From an uncultured Mycoplasmatota bacterium (GTDB taxonomy: Bacteria; Bacillota_I; Bacilli_A; RF39; UBA660): 59,443 bases of DNA. The stretch's first letter is position 1. Each line of letters opens with the position of its first letter. Location of the stretch: the NCBI GenBank assembly GCA_947574215.1, contig CANPIX010000004.1:1-59443 (forward strand), read 5' to 3'. The notes below the pieces were generated by a model, which made no database searches, had not been told where the DNA came from, and was given only the letters and a program-made list of their open reading frames with translations. Made by a program: the position numbers and the translations under genes. This document shows, piece by piece, positions 20,375 to 29,998 of the stretch.

Positions 20375-20432
20375 GCGCTTTTTTAATGCATTTTTTTGCT
20401 AATTTTGGTACAATCTATATGAGGTGAAAAAA

Positions 20433-21071
20433 ATGCGATACAATATAGTAAAAGGAGCTAAATACATATTAGAGGACAGTCCTTATGTAGTTAAAAATCC
20501 CGCGAATTATAAGAACAAATGGAATCAACTTTTTGGAAATAACAATCCTATTTGTTTAGAATTAGGAATGGGAAGAGGAATTTTTATAATTGAAATGGCA
20601 AAAGCTTTTCCAAATAAAAATTTTATTGGATTGGAAATTGATAGCTCTCAAACGGCTACCGCTATACACAATATTGGAACAAAAAAATTAAACAATTTAA
20701 AAATTATTTGTGCAGATGCCAATTCGATTTTGGATTTTTTTGGACGTGAAATTAGTTCTATTTATCTTACGTTTTCAGAGCCTTGGCCAAAAAAACAAGA
20801 TGAGAAAAAAAGATTTACTTCTATGAATTATTTAAAACTATACGATCGTATTTTTAAGAAAAACAAGCACATTATTTTAAAAACAGATAATAAAATATTA
20901 TTTGCATCGTCTTTAGAAAACTTAAGCAAATATTGGTATACTTTTGATAAAGTGAGTTTGGATCTGCATCATGATGATAGAAAAATTCCTAATTTAATGA
21001 CCGATTTTGAGATGCAATATTATAAAGAAAAACGTCCAATTTACTATGTAGATGCGACATTTAGAGAATAA
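20433..21071 (+). CDS. trmB: tRNA (guanine-N7)-methyltransferase
   Basis: SAM-binding LELGMGRGIFIIEMA and FSEPWPKKQDEKKR motifs. GAGGTG RBS. TGGTACAAT at 20406-20414. Confidence 0.85.
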   Translation: MRYNIVKGAKYILEDSPYVVKNPANYKNKWNQLFGNNNPICLELGMGRGIFIIEMAKAFPNKNFIGLEIDSSQTATAIHNIGTKKLNNLKIICADANSILDFFGREISSIYLTFSEPWPKKQDEKKRFTSMNYLKLYDRIFKKNKHIILKTDNKILFASSLENLSKYWYTFDKVSLDLHHDDRKIPNLMTDFEMQYYKEKRPIYYVDATFRE

Positions 21072-21104
21072 AGTTAAGCAAAATAAAATGAAAGAGTGAT
21101 GCAT

Positions 21105-22196
21105 ATGCATGAGCAATTTATTGAAAAAGCAAAAGAACTAGAACAAGATTTTATAAACGGAGATATAAAAATTAATACTCTTTTAGACTGGAATGATTTA
21201 AAAAAACGTCTTTGGAATTTAGGAGACTTATGGGCAGAGGAAGAAAATGAAAAAACGTCGCAAGAGGAAAAGAAGCCAGTTACATTAAAAAACTGTAAGT
21301 CTTTTGTTGGAAATCTTTTTTACGCTATGAAAAAGATGGAACAAAAAGAGAAAACAATGTCCGATGAAGATTTAAAGTTATTGGTTTATCAATTACGAGT
21401 TCTAGTAGAATATAATTTTCTTGTTGCATATCCAAAAGAATTAGCTGAAAATTATACTTTAGAAAAAGAACAAAATCCAGCCCTTACTTATATTGATATA
21501 ACGGATAATTTTGGTATTTCTTATCGTATAAAAGAAAGTGACAAAGAAAATTTTGAAAATTCTTGTAGAAAGCAAAAGAAGCAATTTGAAGAATATCGCC
21601 AAGTACATACTTGCGTTTATAAAGAAACAAAAGATCAAATTAAATTATTAGAAGAATACAATCAAGATACGGAAAAATATATGTACAGTATCATCAATAA
21701 CGAAATGAAAATTGTAACACTAAATCAATGGGGAATCTTTAAAAATAGTGTAAATAATTTTAAGAAAGATTTTGATGCTTTAATTACAAATATTATAAAA
21801 GGAAAACGTTTACAATTGGGAGAAAATTTATACAAAACTTTTATAGATTTACTTCTAAATTGTATCCATGAAATAGAAACAAGATACAATGGCCAAATTA
21901 GTGAAGAGGATTTACCCTTCATAATGGAAAAAATTTGGATCCTATGCAAGTACCAATCTCTAACTTTAGAAAAAGTAAATATTCATCGTGTAAAAACAAG
22001 TATAGAAGACGAACAAATGGAAAAAGTAGAGATTAGTGCTGTAAATAAGAGTCTAAAACTAACTCCTGCGCAAGCAGAAATTTATTCTAAAATAGATAAA
22101 GAACAGAACGAATTAAAAGAAAAATATAAAGAAGTTATACAATTTGTTTTTAGAGATTCAATGGACGAGAAAGAAAGTAAAAAAATGTCATTATAA
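21105..22196 (+). CDS. hypothetical acidic, helical protein (about 363 aa)
   Basis: Long ORF with no recognisable motif. The start is ambiguous (21096-21105). Confidence 0.45.
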   Translation: MHEQFIEKAKELEQDFINGDIKINTLLDWNDLKKRLWNLGDLWAEEENEKTSQEEKKPVTLKNCKSFVGNLFYAMKKMEQKEKTMSDEDLKLLVYQLRVLVEYNFLVAYPKELAENYTLEKEQNPALTYIDITDNFGISYRIKESDKENFENSCRKQKKQFEEYRQVHTCVYKETKDQIKLLEEYNQDTEKYMYSIINNEMKIVTLNQWGIFKNSVNNFKKDFDALITNIIKGKRLQLGENLYKTFIDLLLNCIHEIETRYNGQISEEDLPFIMEKIWILCKYQSLTLEKVNIHRVKTSIEDEQMEKVEISAVNKSLKLTPAQAEIYSKIDKEQNELKEKYKEVIQFVFRDSMDEKESKKMSL

Positions 22197-22293
22197 TGAT
22201 AGAAAATCAACTCTTATTCTAAAATTTATTGAAAAATCTTTTTAGAACAAAGAATTCTTTTTTTATTATTGAGTCTATAAGAAAATAAATTAG

Positions 22294-23964
<1,671 letters not shown>

Positions 23965-24056
23965 CTAATACATCATATCATAAAAGTGTCAATAAAATAT
24001 CTAAAAGAATGGAATTTATAGAGTAATCGTTTTATAATAAAAATAAGTGAGGTCGT

Positions 24057-24977
24057 ATGAAAAGAAAAAGGAGAAAAATAAAAAAAATTTTTTTGGTATT
24101 TTTAATGTATTTTTTTATAATTTGTGTTGCGTTTTGCATTTTAAAATTTGTTAAAATAGAAAACAAAGAAATTCCAAAAATCACCTATCCAAAAATAATA
24201 GCAACTACAAAAGGAGAATCCATTAATTTATTAGAAAAAGTAAGCGTTCAAAATAAAGATATATCTGAAATAAATATTGAAGTTGAAGGAAATTACGACT
24301 TTAATAAAGAAGGAGAATACACACTATATTATGTTGTAAAAGATAATTTAGGAAATGAAATAAAAGAACCTTTTACTTTAAAAGTTGAAAGAACATTGGA
24401 AGAAGACGAAAACCATTTTACAACAAGTAAGGGATTTAAAGGAGAAATAATTGATGGTGTCACCTATATTGATGGAACATTAATCGTCAATAAAACTTAT
24501 TCATTGCCTTCGACATTTGGCAATGGTCTTACAGAAGAAACAAAAAACGCCTTTGCTCAATTAAAAGCTGCTGCACTATTAGAGGGTCTTGATATTTATA
24601 TTGCAAGTGGTTTTCGCTCTTATGAAAGGCAAGTAACGCTTTATAACAATTATGTAAAAAGAGATGGTAAAGAGGCAGCTGATACTTATTCAGCAAGGCC
24701 AGGACACTCTGAGCATCAATCTGGACTCACTTTTGATGTGAACGAAGTAAGTGATCGTTTTCATGGAACAAAAGAAGCCAATTGGCTTTCAGATAATTGT
24801 TATAAATTTGGTTTTATTTTAAGATTTCCAAATGGAAAATCAGATGAAACTGGGTTTAAATACGAATCATGGCATTTTCGTTATGTTGGAGAAGATCTAG
24901 CTAAAAAACTATACAACAATGGAAATTGGATAACATTAGAGGAATATTTTGGTATTCCAAGTGTTTATGAAAATTAA
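24057..24977 (+). CDS. membrane-anchored VanY-type (M15B) D-alanyl-D-alanine carboxypeptidase with Ig-like domain
   Basis: TM anchor. SGFRSYERQ, RPGHSEHQSGLTFD and ESWHFRYVG zinc-peptidase motifs. Confidence 0.8.
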   Translation: MKRKRRKIKKIFLVFLMYFFIICVAFCILKFVKIENKEIPKITYPKIIATTKGESINLLEKVSVQNKDISEINIEVEGNYDFNKEGEYTLYYVVKDNLGNEIKEPFTLKVERTLEEDENHFTTSKGFKGEIIDGVTYIDGTLIVNKTYSLPSTFGNGLTEETKNAFAQLKAAALLEGLDIYIASGFRSYERQVTLYNNYVKRDGKEAADTYSARPGHSEHQSGLTFDVNEVSDRFHGTKEANWLSDNCYKFGFILRFPNGKSDETGFKYESWHFRYVGEDLAKKLYNNGNWITLEEYFGIPSVYEN

Positions 24978-24980
24978 GAG

Positions 24981-25006
24981 AAAGTACAATTGATGTACTT
25001 TTTTTC
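24981..25006 (+). terminator. rho-independent terminator after the vanY-like gene
   Basis: AAAGTACA-attga-TGTACTTT hairpin followed by a T-run. Confidence 0.55.
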
Positions 25007-25070
25007 ATAGCAAAACCATTTGACTTTACTAGTTATTTCGTTTATATTTAATATGATAGTAGGTGAAGAA

Positions 25071-25274
25071 ATGGTGTGGAAGAAAAATAATGGGCAAGCT
25101 TTAGTTGAATATGTTTTGATTGTTGCCCTTATAAGTGTAATAACGATAGCCATTGTAAGTTATTTTGGTGGTTATTTAAAAGATTCCATTACCAAAACAT
25201 CCTGTTCATTAATGGATCAAGAATATGTTCCTGGGGCCAAACCAGGAGAAGGTTCTTGTCAAGATAAAGAGTAA
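25071..25274 (+). CDS. flp: Flp-family type IVb pilin (67 aa)
   Basis: AGGTGA RBS. MVWKKNNG/QALVEYVLIVALISVITIAIV contains the G/xxxxEY Flp processing motif and a hydrophobic helix. Confidence 0.75.
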   Translation: MVWKKNNGQALVEYVLIVALISVITIAIVSYFGGYLKDSITKTSCSLMDQEYVPGAKPGEGSCQDKE

Positions 25275-25340
25275 GGAAAACTTTTCACTTTCTTTTTTTT
25301 GTGTTATACTATTTTTGATCATAAAGGGGTGAAGAATGTG

Positions 25341-25691
25341 ATGCAAAAAAGGCGAAACGGCCAGGCTTTAGTTGAATTTGTTCTTTTATTGCCCTTATTT
25401 ATTTTTATGATTTTTACAGTTATAGATTTTGGAAAAATACTGTATACCAAAAACAATTTAGAAAGTAAAATGGATGAGGTAATCACTCTTTATGAAACCA
25501 AAAAGGAAAGTGAAAATATAAAAGATCTATTGAAACTTGGCAAAGAAAAAATAGAATTGGAAATAAAAAATGAGCAAGAATATATAAATTTTTTTCTAAA
25601 AAAGAAACTAGAAATTCTAACTCCTGGATTAAATCTAATATTAAAAAATCCTTATGAAGTTGTGTCTAAAAGAGTGGTATACAATGAATAA
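25341..25691 (+). CDS. TadE-like pseudopilin
   Basis: MQKRRNGQALVEFVLLLPLFIFMIFTVIDFG is a typical TadE N-terminal domain. Confidence 0.65.
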   Translation: MQKRRNGQALVEFVLLLPLFIFMIFTVIDFGKILYTKNNLESKMDEVITLYETKKESENIKDLLKLGKEKIELEIKNEQEYINFFLKKKLEILTPGLNLILKNPYEVVSKRVVYNE

Positions 25692-26064
25692 AAATGGCCA
25701 GACATTAATTTTATTTGTATTGCTTTTGCCAATGCTTATCGTACTGCTAGCTTTTGTTGTAGATACTGGAATCGTACTTCAAGAAAAGACAAGAGTCAAT
25801 AGTTTAGTTAAAACAATTTTAAAAACCACCCATGAAGAATACTTAGAAGAAAATTATCAAGAAAAAGTTTTGGAACTACTGAATAAAAATAATATTCCTG
25901 TAGAGAAGATCGATTTAAAAATTACTGTGGAGGAAATTAAAATACAAATTGAATACCAAAAAGAAAGTATTTTTGGAAAAATAATTGGCATTTCTAATTA
26001 TAAGATAAAAAGTAGTATAAAAGGGAAAATAAAAGAGGGTACTCTTAAAATAGAAAAAGAATAG
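25684..26064 (+). CDS. TadE/TadG-like pseudopilin
   Basis: MNKNGQTLILFVLLLPMLIVLLAFVVDTG. Start overlaps the upstream stop (ATGAATAA). Confidence 0.55.
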   Translation: MNKNGQTLILFVLLLPMLIVLLAFVVDTGIVLQEKTRVNSLVKTILKTTHEEYLEENYQEKVLELLNKNNIPVEKIDLKITVEEIKIQIEYQKESIFGKIIGISNYKIKSSIKGKIKEGTLKIEKE

Positions 26065-26073
26065 AGGGAGAAT

Positions 26074-26862
26074 ATGTCAAAATCAAAAGGAAAATCTATG
26101 TGTTTATTTTCAAGCAAAGGTGGGGTCGGAAAAACCATCACAGCGATTAATTTGGCAGGAATTTACGAACATTTAGAAAAGCGAGTTTTACTTTTGGATT
26201 TGGATTTATCAAGTGGTGGCATTTCTATGGCACTTAACTGTTCTTTTGAAAAAAGTATTTATAATTTTGTTGATGATTACAACAACAATCGCTATAAAGA
26301 TTTTAAAGATTACGTTTCGAAATACGATGAATTTATTGATATTTTAGCTTGCCCAAAAGACCCACGTCAGAGTAATAAAATTGATTCCAAATATTTGGAG
26401 ATTTTAATAGATAAAGCCGAATCGAATTATGATATTGTACTTATTGATACCAATCACATATTAGATGAATTAAACATAGTCGTTTTAGACAAAGTGGATT
26501 ATATTTTATTTGTTCTAACAAACGATCCTTTGGCTTTAAAAAATATGAAATCGTTAGTAAGCATCTTAAAAGATTCTAATGTAACCAATTATAAAATTCT
26601 TTTAAACAATAGTAGAGAGCCTTTTAAAGATTATTTTTCTCTTTTTGATATTAAAAACATTATTAAAGCCAATATTGATTACACGTTGACTTCAAGTTTT
26701 TACATTAAAAATATAGATAGTTATATTATGAATGGTCAAATTATTACCTTACAAAATAAAATGCCAACTACATTTAATAAAGATTACGATACTTTAATGA
26801 AAATTGCTCTAGAAACAATTGAAAATAAAGAAGCGTTAGAAAAAGACGAGGAGGCAGTATGA
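26074..26862 (+). CDS. TadZ/CpaE-like ParA/MinD-family ATPase (no receiver domain)
   Basis: Deviant Walker A SSKGGVGKT. Located upstream of tadA. Confidence 0.7.
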   Translation: MSKSKGKSMCLFSSKGGVGKTITAINLAGIYEHLEKRVLLLDLDLSSGGISMALNCSFEKSIYNFVDDYNNNRYKDFKDYVSKYDEFIDILACPKDPRQSNKIDSKYLEILIDKAESNYDIVLIDTNHILDELNIVVLDKVDYILFVLTNDPLALKNMKSLVSILKDSNVTNYKILLNNSREPFKDYFSLFDIKNIIKANIDYTLTSSFYIKNIDSYIMNGQIITLQNKMPTTFNKDYDTLMKIALETIENKEALEKDEEAV

Positions 26863-28187
26863 CAAAAACGAGTTTAATTGATGCATTTAATATTGAAAGA
26901 AAAGCACCAAAAGTTACTTCTTTATCCGACTACGAAATTTTTGAAGATAAAAAATTATTGGACGAATTAAGAACCAAAATAGTAGAAAATTTAATTGATA
27001 AAGATATTCCAGAGGATAAAGTGGTAAATGAATTTATTAATGAAGAAATTGATAGTGCCATTGAAGGTTATGATTTATCTAATTTAGAAAGAAGTCACTT
27101 ATACAATTTGATTGACAACGAAATAAATGGATATGGTCCTTTAACTGAAGTTTTGGAGGATACAAATATAACAGAAATTATGGTTAATGGGCCTGATGAA
27201 ATTTATATTGAAATTGATGGTTCTATTATTAAAGACGAAAGTATTTCGTTTATTAATGAAGAACACATTGTAAGAACCATTGAACGGTTGATAGAACCTC
27301 TTGGAAGAAGCATTGATGTAGCTAATCCTATGGTAGATTCAAGATTACTCGATGGTTCTCGAATTAACGCTGTAATTCCTCCTTTATCCACTAAAGGTCC
27401 TGTTATTACGATTCGAAAATTCAAAGAGACCATGACCAATATCGAAGACTTTATTCGCATAGGTTCTTTAACTCCTTACATGGCTCGTTTTTTAGAAGCC
27501 GCAGTAAAAGGAAAACTCAACCTCATTGTTTGTGGAGGAACTGGAAGCGGTAAAACAACACTTTTGAATATTTTAAGTGGTTTTATTCATCCACAAGAAA
27601 GAATAATTACGATTGAAGACGCAGCAGAACTTCATTTAAACCAACAACATGTTATTTCTTTAGAAACAAGAGTAACCAATTATGATCACGATGGAGAAAT
27701 AACGATTCGTGATTTAGTGAAAAATTCACTGCGTATGCGACCCGATCGTATTATTGTTGGTGAGGTGCGTGGAAAAGAAGCTTTTGACATGCTTCAAGCT
27801 ATGAATACAGGACATGATGGCTCTTTAACTACCTTGCATGCGAATGGGCCTCAAGACGCCCTAAATCGTTTAGAGACGATGGTTCTTATGAGTGGTCTAG
27901 ATATTCCTATAAAAGCCATTCGAGAATACATAACTAGTGCAATAGACTTGGTTGTAAATATTGAAAGAATGAACGATGGCAAAAGAAAGATTACATCTAT
28001 TTCAGAGTTAGATGGTTTTTTAGAAGATCGAATCAAACTAAAAGAAATCTTTAAATTTACTCAAAAAGGACTTACAGAAAATGGAGAAGTTGATGGAGAA
28101 TTTATGTTGTACAAAACAACACCAAAAGTATATAAAAAATTAATTTCTCGTGGTATCAACGATTTAGAAGATATTTTTGGAAAATAA
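26859..28187 (+). CDS. tadA: Tad pilus secretion ATPase TadA/CpaF
   Basis: Walker A GGTGSGKTTLLN, Asp box, IVGEVRGKEAFDMLQAMNTGHDGSLTTLHA His-box region. Confidence 0.9.
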   Translation: MTKTSLIDAFNIERKAPKVTSLSDYEIFEDKKLLDELRTKIVENLIDKDIPEDKVVNEFINEEIDSAIEGYDLSNLERSHLYNLIDNEINGYGPLTEVLEDTNITEIMVNGPDEIYIEIDGSIIKDESISFINEEHIVRTIERLIEPLGRSIDVANPMVDSRLLDGSRINAVIPPLSTKGPVITIRKFKETMTNIEDFIRIGSLTPYMARFLEAAVKGKLNLIVCGGTGSGKTTLLNILSGFIHPQERIITIEDAAELHLNQQHVISLETRVTNYDHDGEITIRDLVKNSLRMRPDRIIVGEVRGKEAFDMLQAMNTGHDGSLTTLHANGPQDALNRLETMVLMSGLDIPIKAIREYITSAIDLVVNIERMNDGKRKITSISELDGFLEDRIKLKEIFKFTQKGLTENGEVDGEFMLYKTTPKVYKKLISRGINDLEDIFGK

Positions 28188-28225
28188 ATTAAAAAATAAA
28201 CTATGACAAGTTAGGAGGTGCTTTT

Positions 28226-29233
28226 ATGAATTTGATGACGATCTTATCTGTACTCGTTATTGTATGTGTGCTAGTAAGTCTTGTTACATTGTTTTTTTGG
28301 TTTTTAAATGAAAAACAAACGGCTAAACTAAGAAAGCGTTTTGATTCTTTTAGTTTAAAATCGAATAGCGAATACGAAATTTCATTCTTGGATTCCTTTG
28401 CAAGCAAAGCAGAATCTTTTGTAAAAAAGTACTCCAAAGTTTTACAAAAATCACATGTATTACAAGATTATTCTAAGAAATATGAAAAATATATTTCTTA
28501 TGAAGAAAAGGAAACAAAAAAAAGTATGGACTTTATTAGTATAAAATTTCTAATAGGCTTCTTTTTTGTTTTTTTACAAATAATTGTGGATGTTTTTAAA
28601 ATTAGTAAAGGAAATGTTCTAACGTATTTACTATCGTTTCTAATTGGTTTTTTTATGATAGATATTATTTTATTATTAGAATATAAGAAAAAGCGTCAAG
28701 AAATGGAAGAAGACTTATTAAAAGCCATTATGATAATGAACAATAGTTTTAAATCAGGAAAAAATATTATGCAAGCAATTGGTACCGTAAAAAATGAACT
28801 CGAAGGGCCTATTTCTGATGAATTTAAAAAAATATATATGGACATTACATATGGATTAAGTTTAGAAGTAGTATTTAGTAGATTTTATGAAAGAGTCAAA
28901 TTAGAAGATGCAAAGTTAATTGCTTCTTCATTAACTCTACTGAATAAAACAGGAGGAAACATTATTCGAGTATTTGAAACCATTGAAAAATCTTTTTTTA
29001 CGAAAAAAAGAATGCACGATGAATTAAATAGTTTAACAGCTTCTAGTATATTTGTTTTTCGAGTTCTGGTTGCTCTTCCTCCTTTATTTACAGCGATGAT
29101 CCTTCTTTTAAATCCAATGTATTTTAATCCCTTATTCAAAACACCTATTGGAATTTTATTACTAGCTAGTATTATTTTACTATACAGTTTGTATATTAGA
29201 ACAATTAAGAGGATTTTAGAGGTGAAGATGTAA
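28226..29233 (+). CDS. tadB: Tad pilus platform protein TadB (T2SS-F domain)
   Basis: N-terminal TM. T2SSF-like core (LKAIMIMNNSFKSGKNIMQAI...GLSLEVVFSRFYERV) and C-terminal TM pair. Confidence 0.7.
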   Translation: MNLMTILSVLVIVCVLVSLVTLFFWFLNEKQTAKLRKRFDSFSLKSNSEYEISFLDSFASKAESFVKKYSKVLQKSHVLQDYSKKYEKYISYEEKETKKSMDFISIKFLIGFFFVFLQIIVDVFKISKGNVLTYLLSFLIGFFMIDIILLLEYKKKRQEMEEDLLKAIMIMNNSFKSGKNIMQAIGTVKNELEGPISDEFKKIYMDITYGLSLEVVFSRFYERVKLEDAKLIASSLTLLNKTGGNIIRVFETIEKSFFTKKRMHDELNSLTASSIFVFRVLVALPPLFTAMILLLNPMYFNPLFKTPIGILLLASIILLYSLYIRTIKRILEVKM

Positions 29234-29934
29234 TGACAAAACAAGAACATTTTGCAAATCATTTGTATCGTAAAAAGACTATTACTCGAATAAAAAAGAA
29301 AATAAACTTAGCAGGTCTAGAATCTTTTAATGTATATACTTTCTTAAACGTTCGTTTCTTACTATCAATTTGTTTGTTTCTTCTTGTCTTTTTGTTTTTT
29401 AAATTTGGTTATATTTTAGCACCTCTATTTACGATTTTGTTTTTTGTCTGTAGTGAACAATGCGTATTGGATCGTAAAATAAAAAAAAGAAAAGCAAAAC
29501 TAGAAGAGGAAGCCATTTTTTTCTTTGAAATTTTAGGTGTTACTTTAGAAACCAGTCAGCATTTAAAAGGAGCTATAGAACTAACAGCAAAAAATATAAA
29601 TAATGAATTAGCTATAGAATTTCAAAAAACACTAGCTGAAATAAAAATAGGAAAAAGTTTCACTGAAAGTTTAGTGGCCATGAAAGAACGTATTCCAAGT
29701 GATGCAATCAATACAATTCTTTTAAATCTTACCGAAGCAAGTATTTTCGGAAATAACATTCAAGAATCTTTAAAAAATCAATTAGAATATTTACGAGATA
29801 AAAAAATGATGGCTATAAAAGCAGAAATTAATAAACTTCCTACCAAGATCAGTGTTCTCTCCGTTTTATTTTTTATTCCTATTATGCTTTTAATTATTTT
29901 AGCTCCGGTAGTCCTATCTTTTTTATTAGGATAA
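29233..29934 (+). CDS. tadC: Tad pilus platform protein TadC (T2SS-F domain)
   Basis: Same T2SSF topology (FFEILGVTLETSQHLKGAIE...GKSFTESLVAMKERIP). Its start abuts the tadB stop. Confidence 0.65.
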   Translation: MTKQEHFANHLYRKKTITRIKKKINLAGLESFNVYTFLNVRFLLSICLFLLVFLFFKFGYILAPLFTILFFVCSEQCVLDRKIKKRKAKLEEEAIFFFEILGVTLETSQHLKGAIELTAKNINNELAIEFQKTLAEIKIGKSFTESLVAMKERIPSDAINTILLNLTEASIFGNNIQESLKNQLEYLRDKKMMAIKAEINKLPTKISVLSVLFFIPIMLLIILAPVVLSFLLG

Positions 29935-29951
29935 GGTAAGGAGTTTTTTTC

Positions 29952-29980
29952 TTGCCTAAAGGATAATTTAAATTTATAAT
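29952..29980 (+). promoter_or_regulatory. sigma-A-type promoter TTGCCT-17 nt-TATAAT for the giant sigma factor gene
   Basis: Near-consensus -35 and perfect -10 with 17-nt spacing, 19 nt upstream of ATG 29999. Confidence 0.5.
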
Positions 29981-29998
29981 AAATAAATGGTGAGAAAT

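Noticed and set aside
25275-25340. Possible attenuating terminator between the flp pilin gene and the tadE-like gene.
   Set aside because: A T-run is present (CTTTCTTTTTTTTG), but I could not find a convincing preceding stem.
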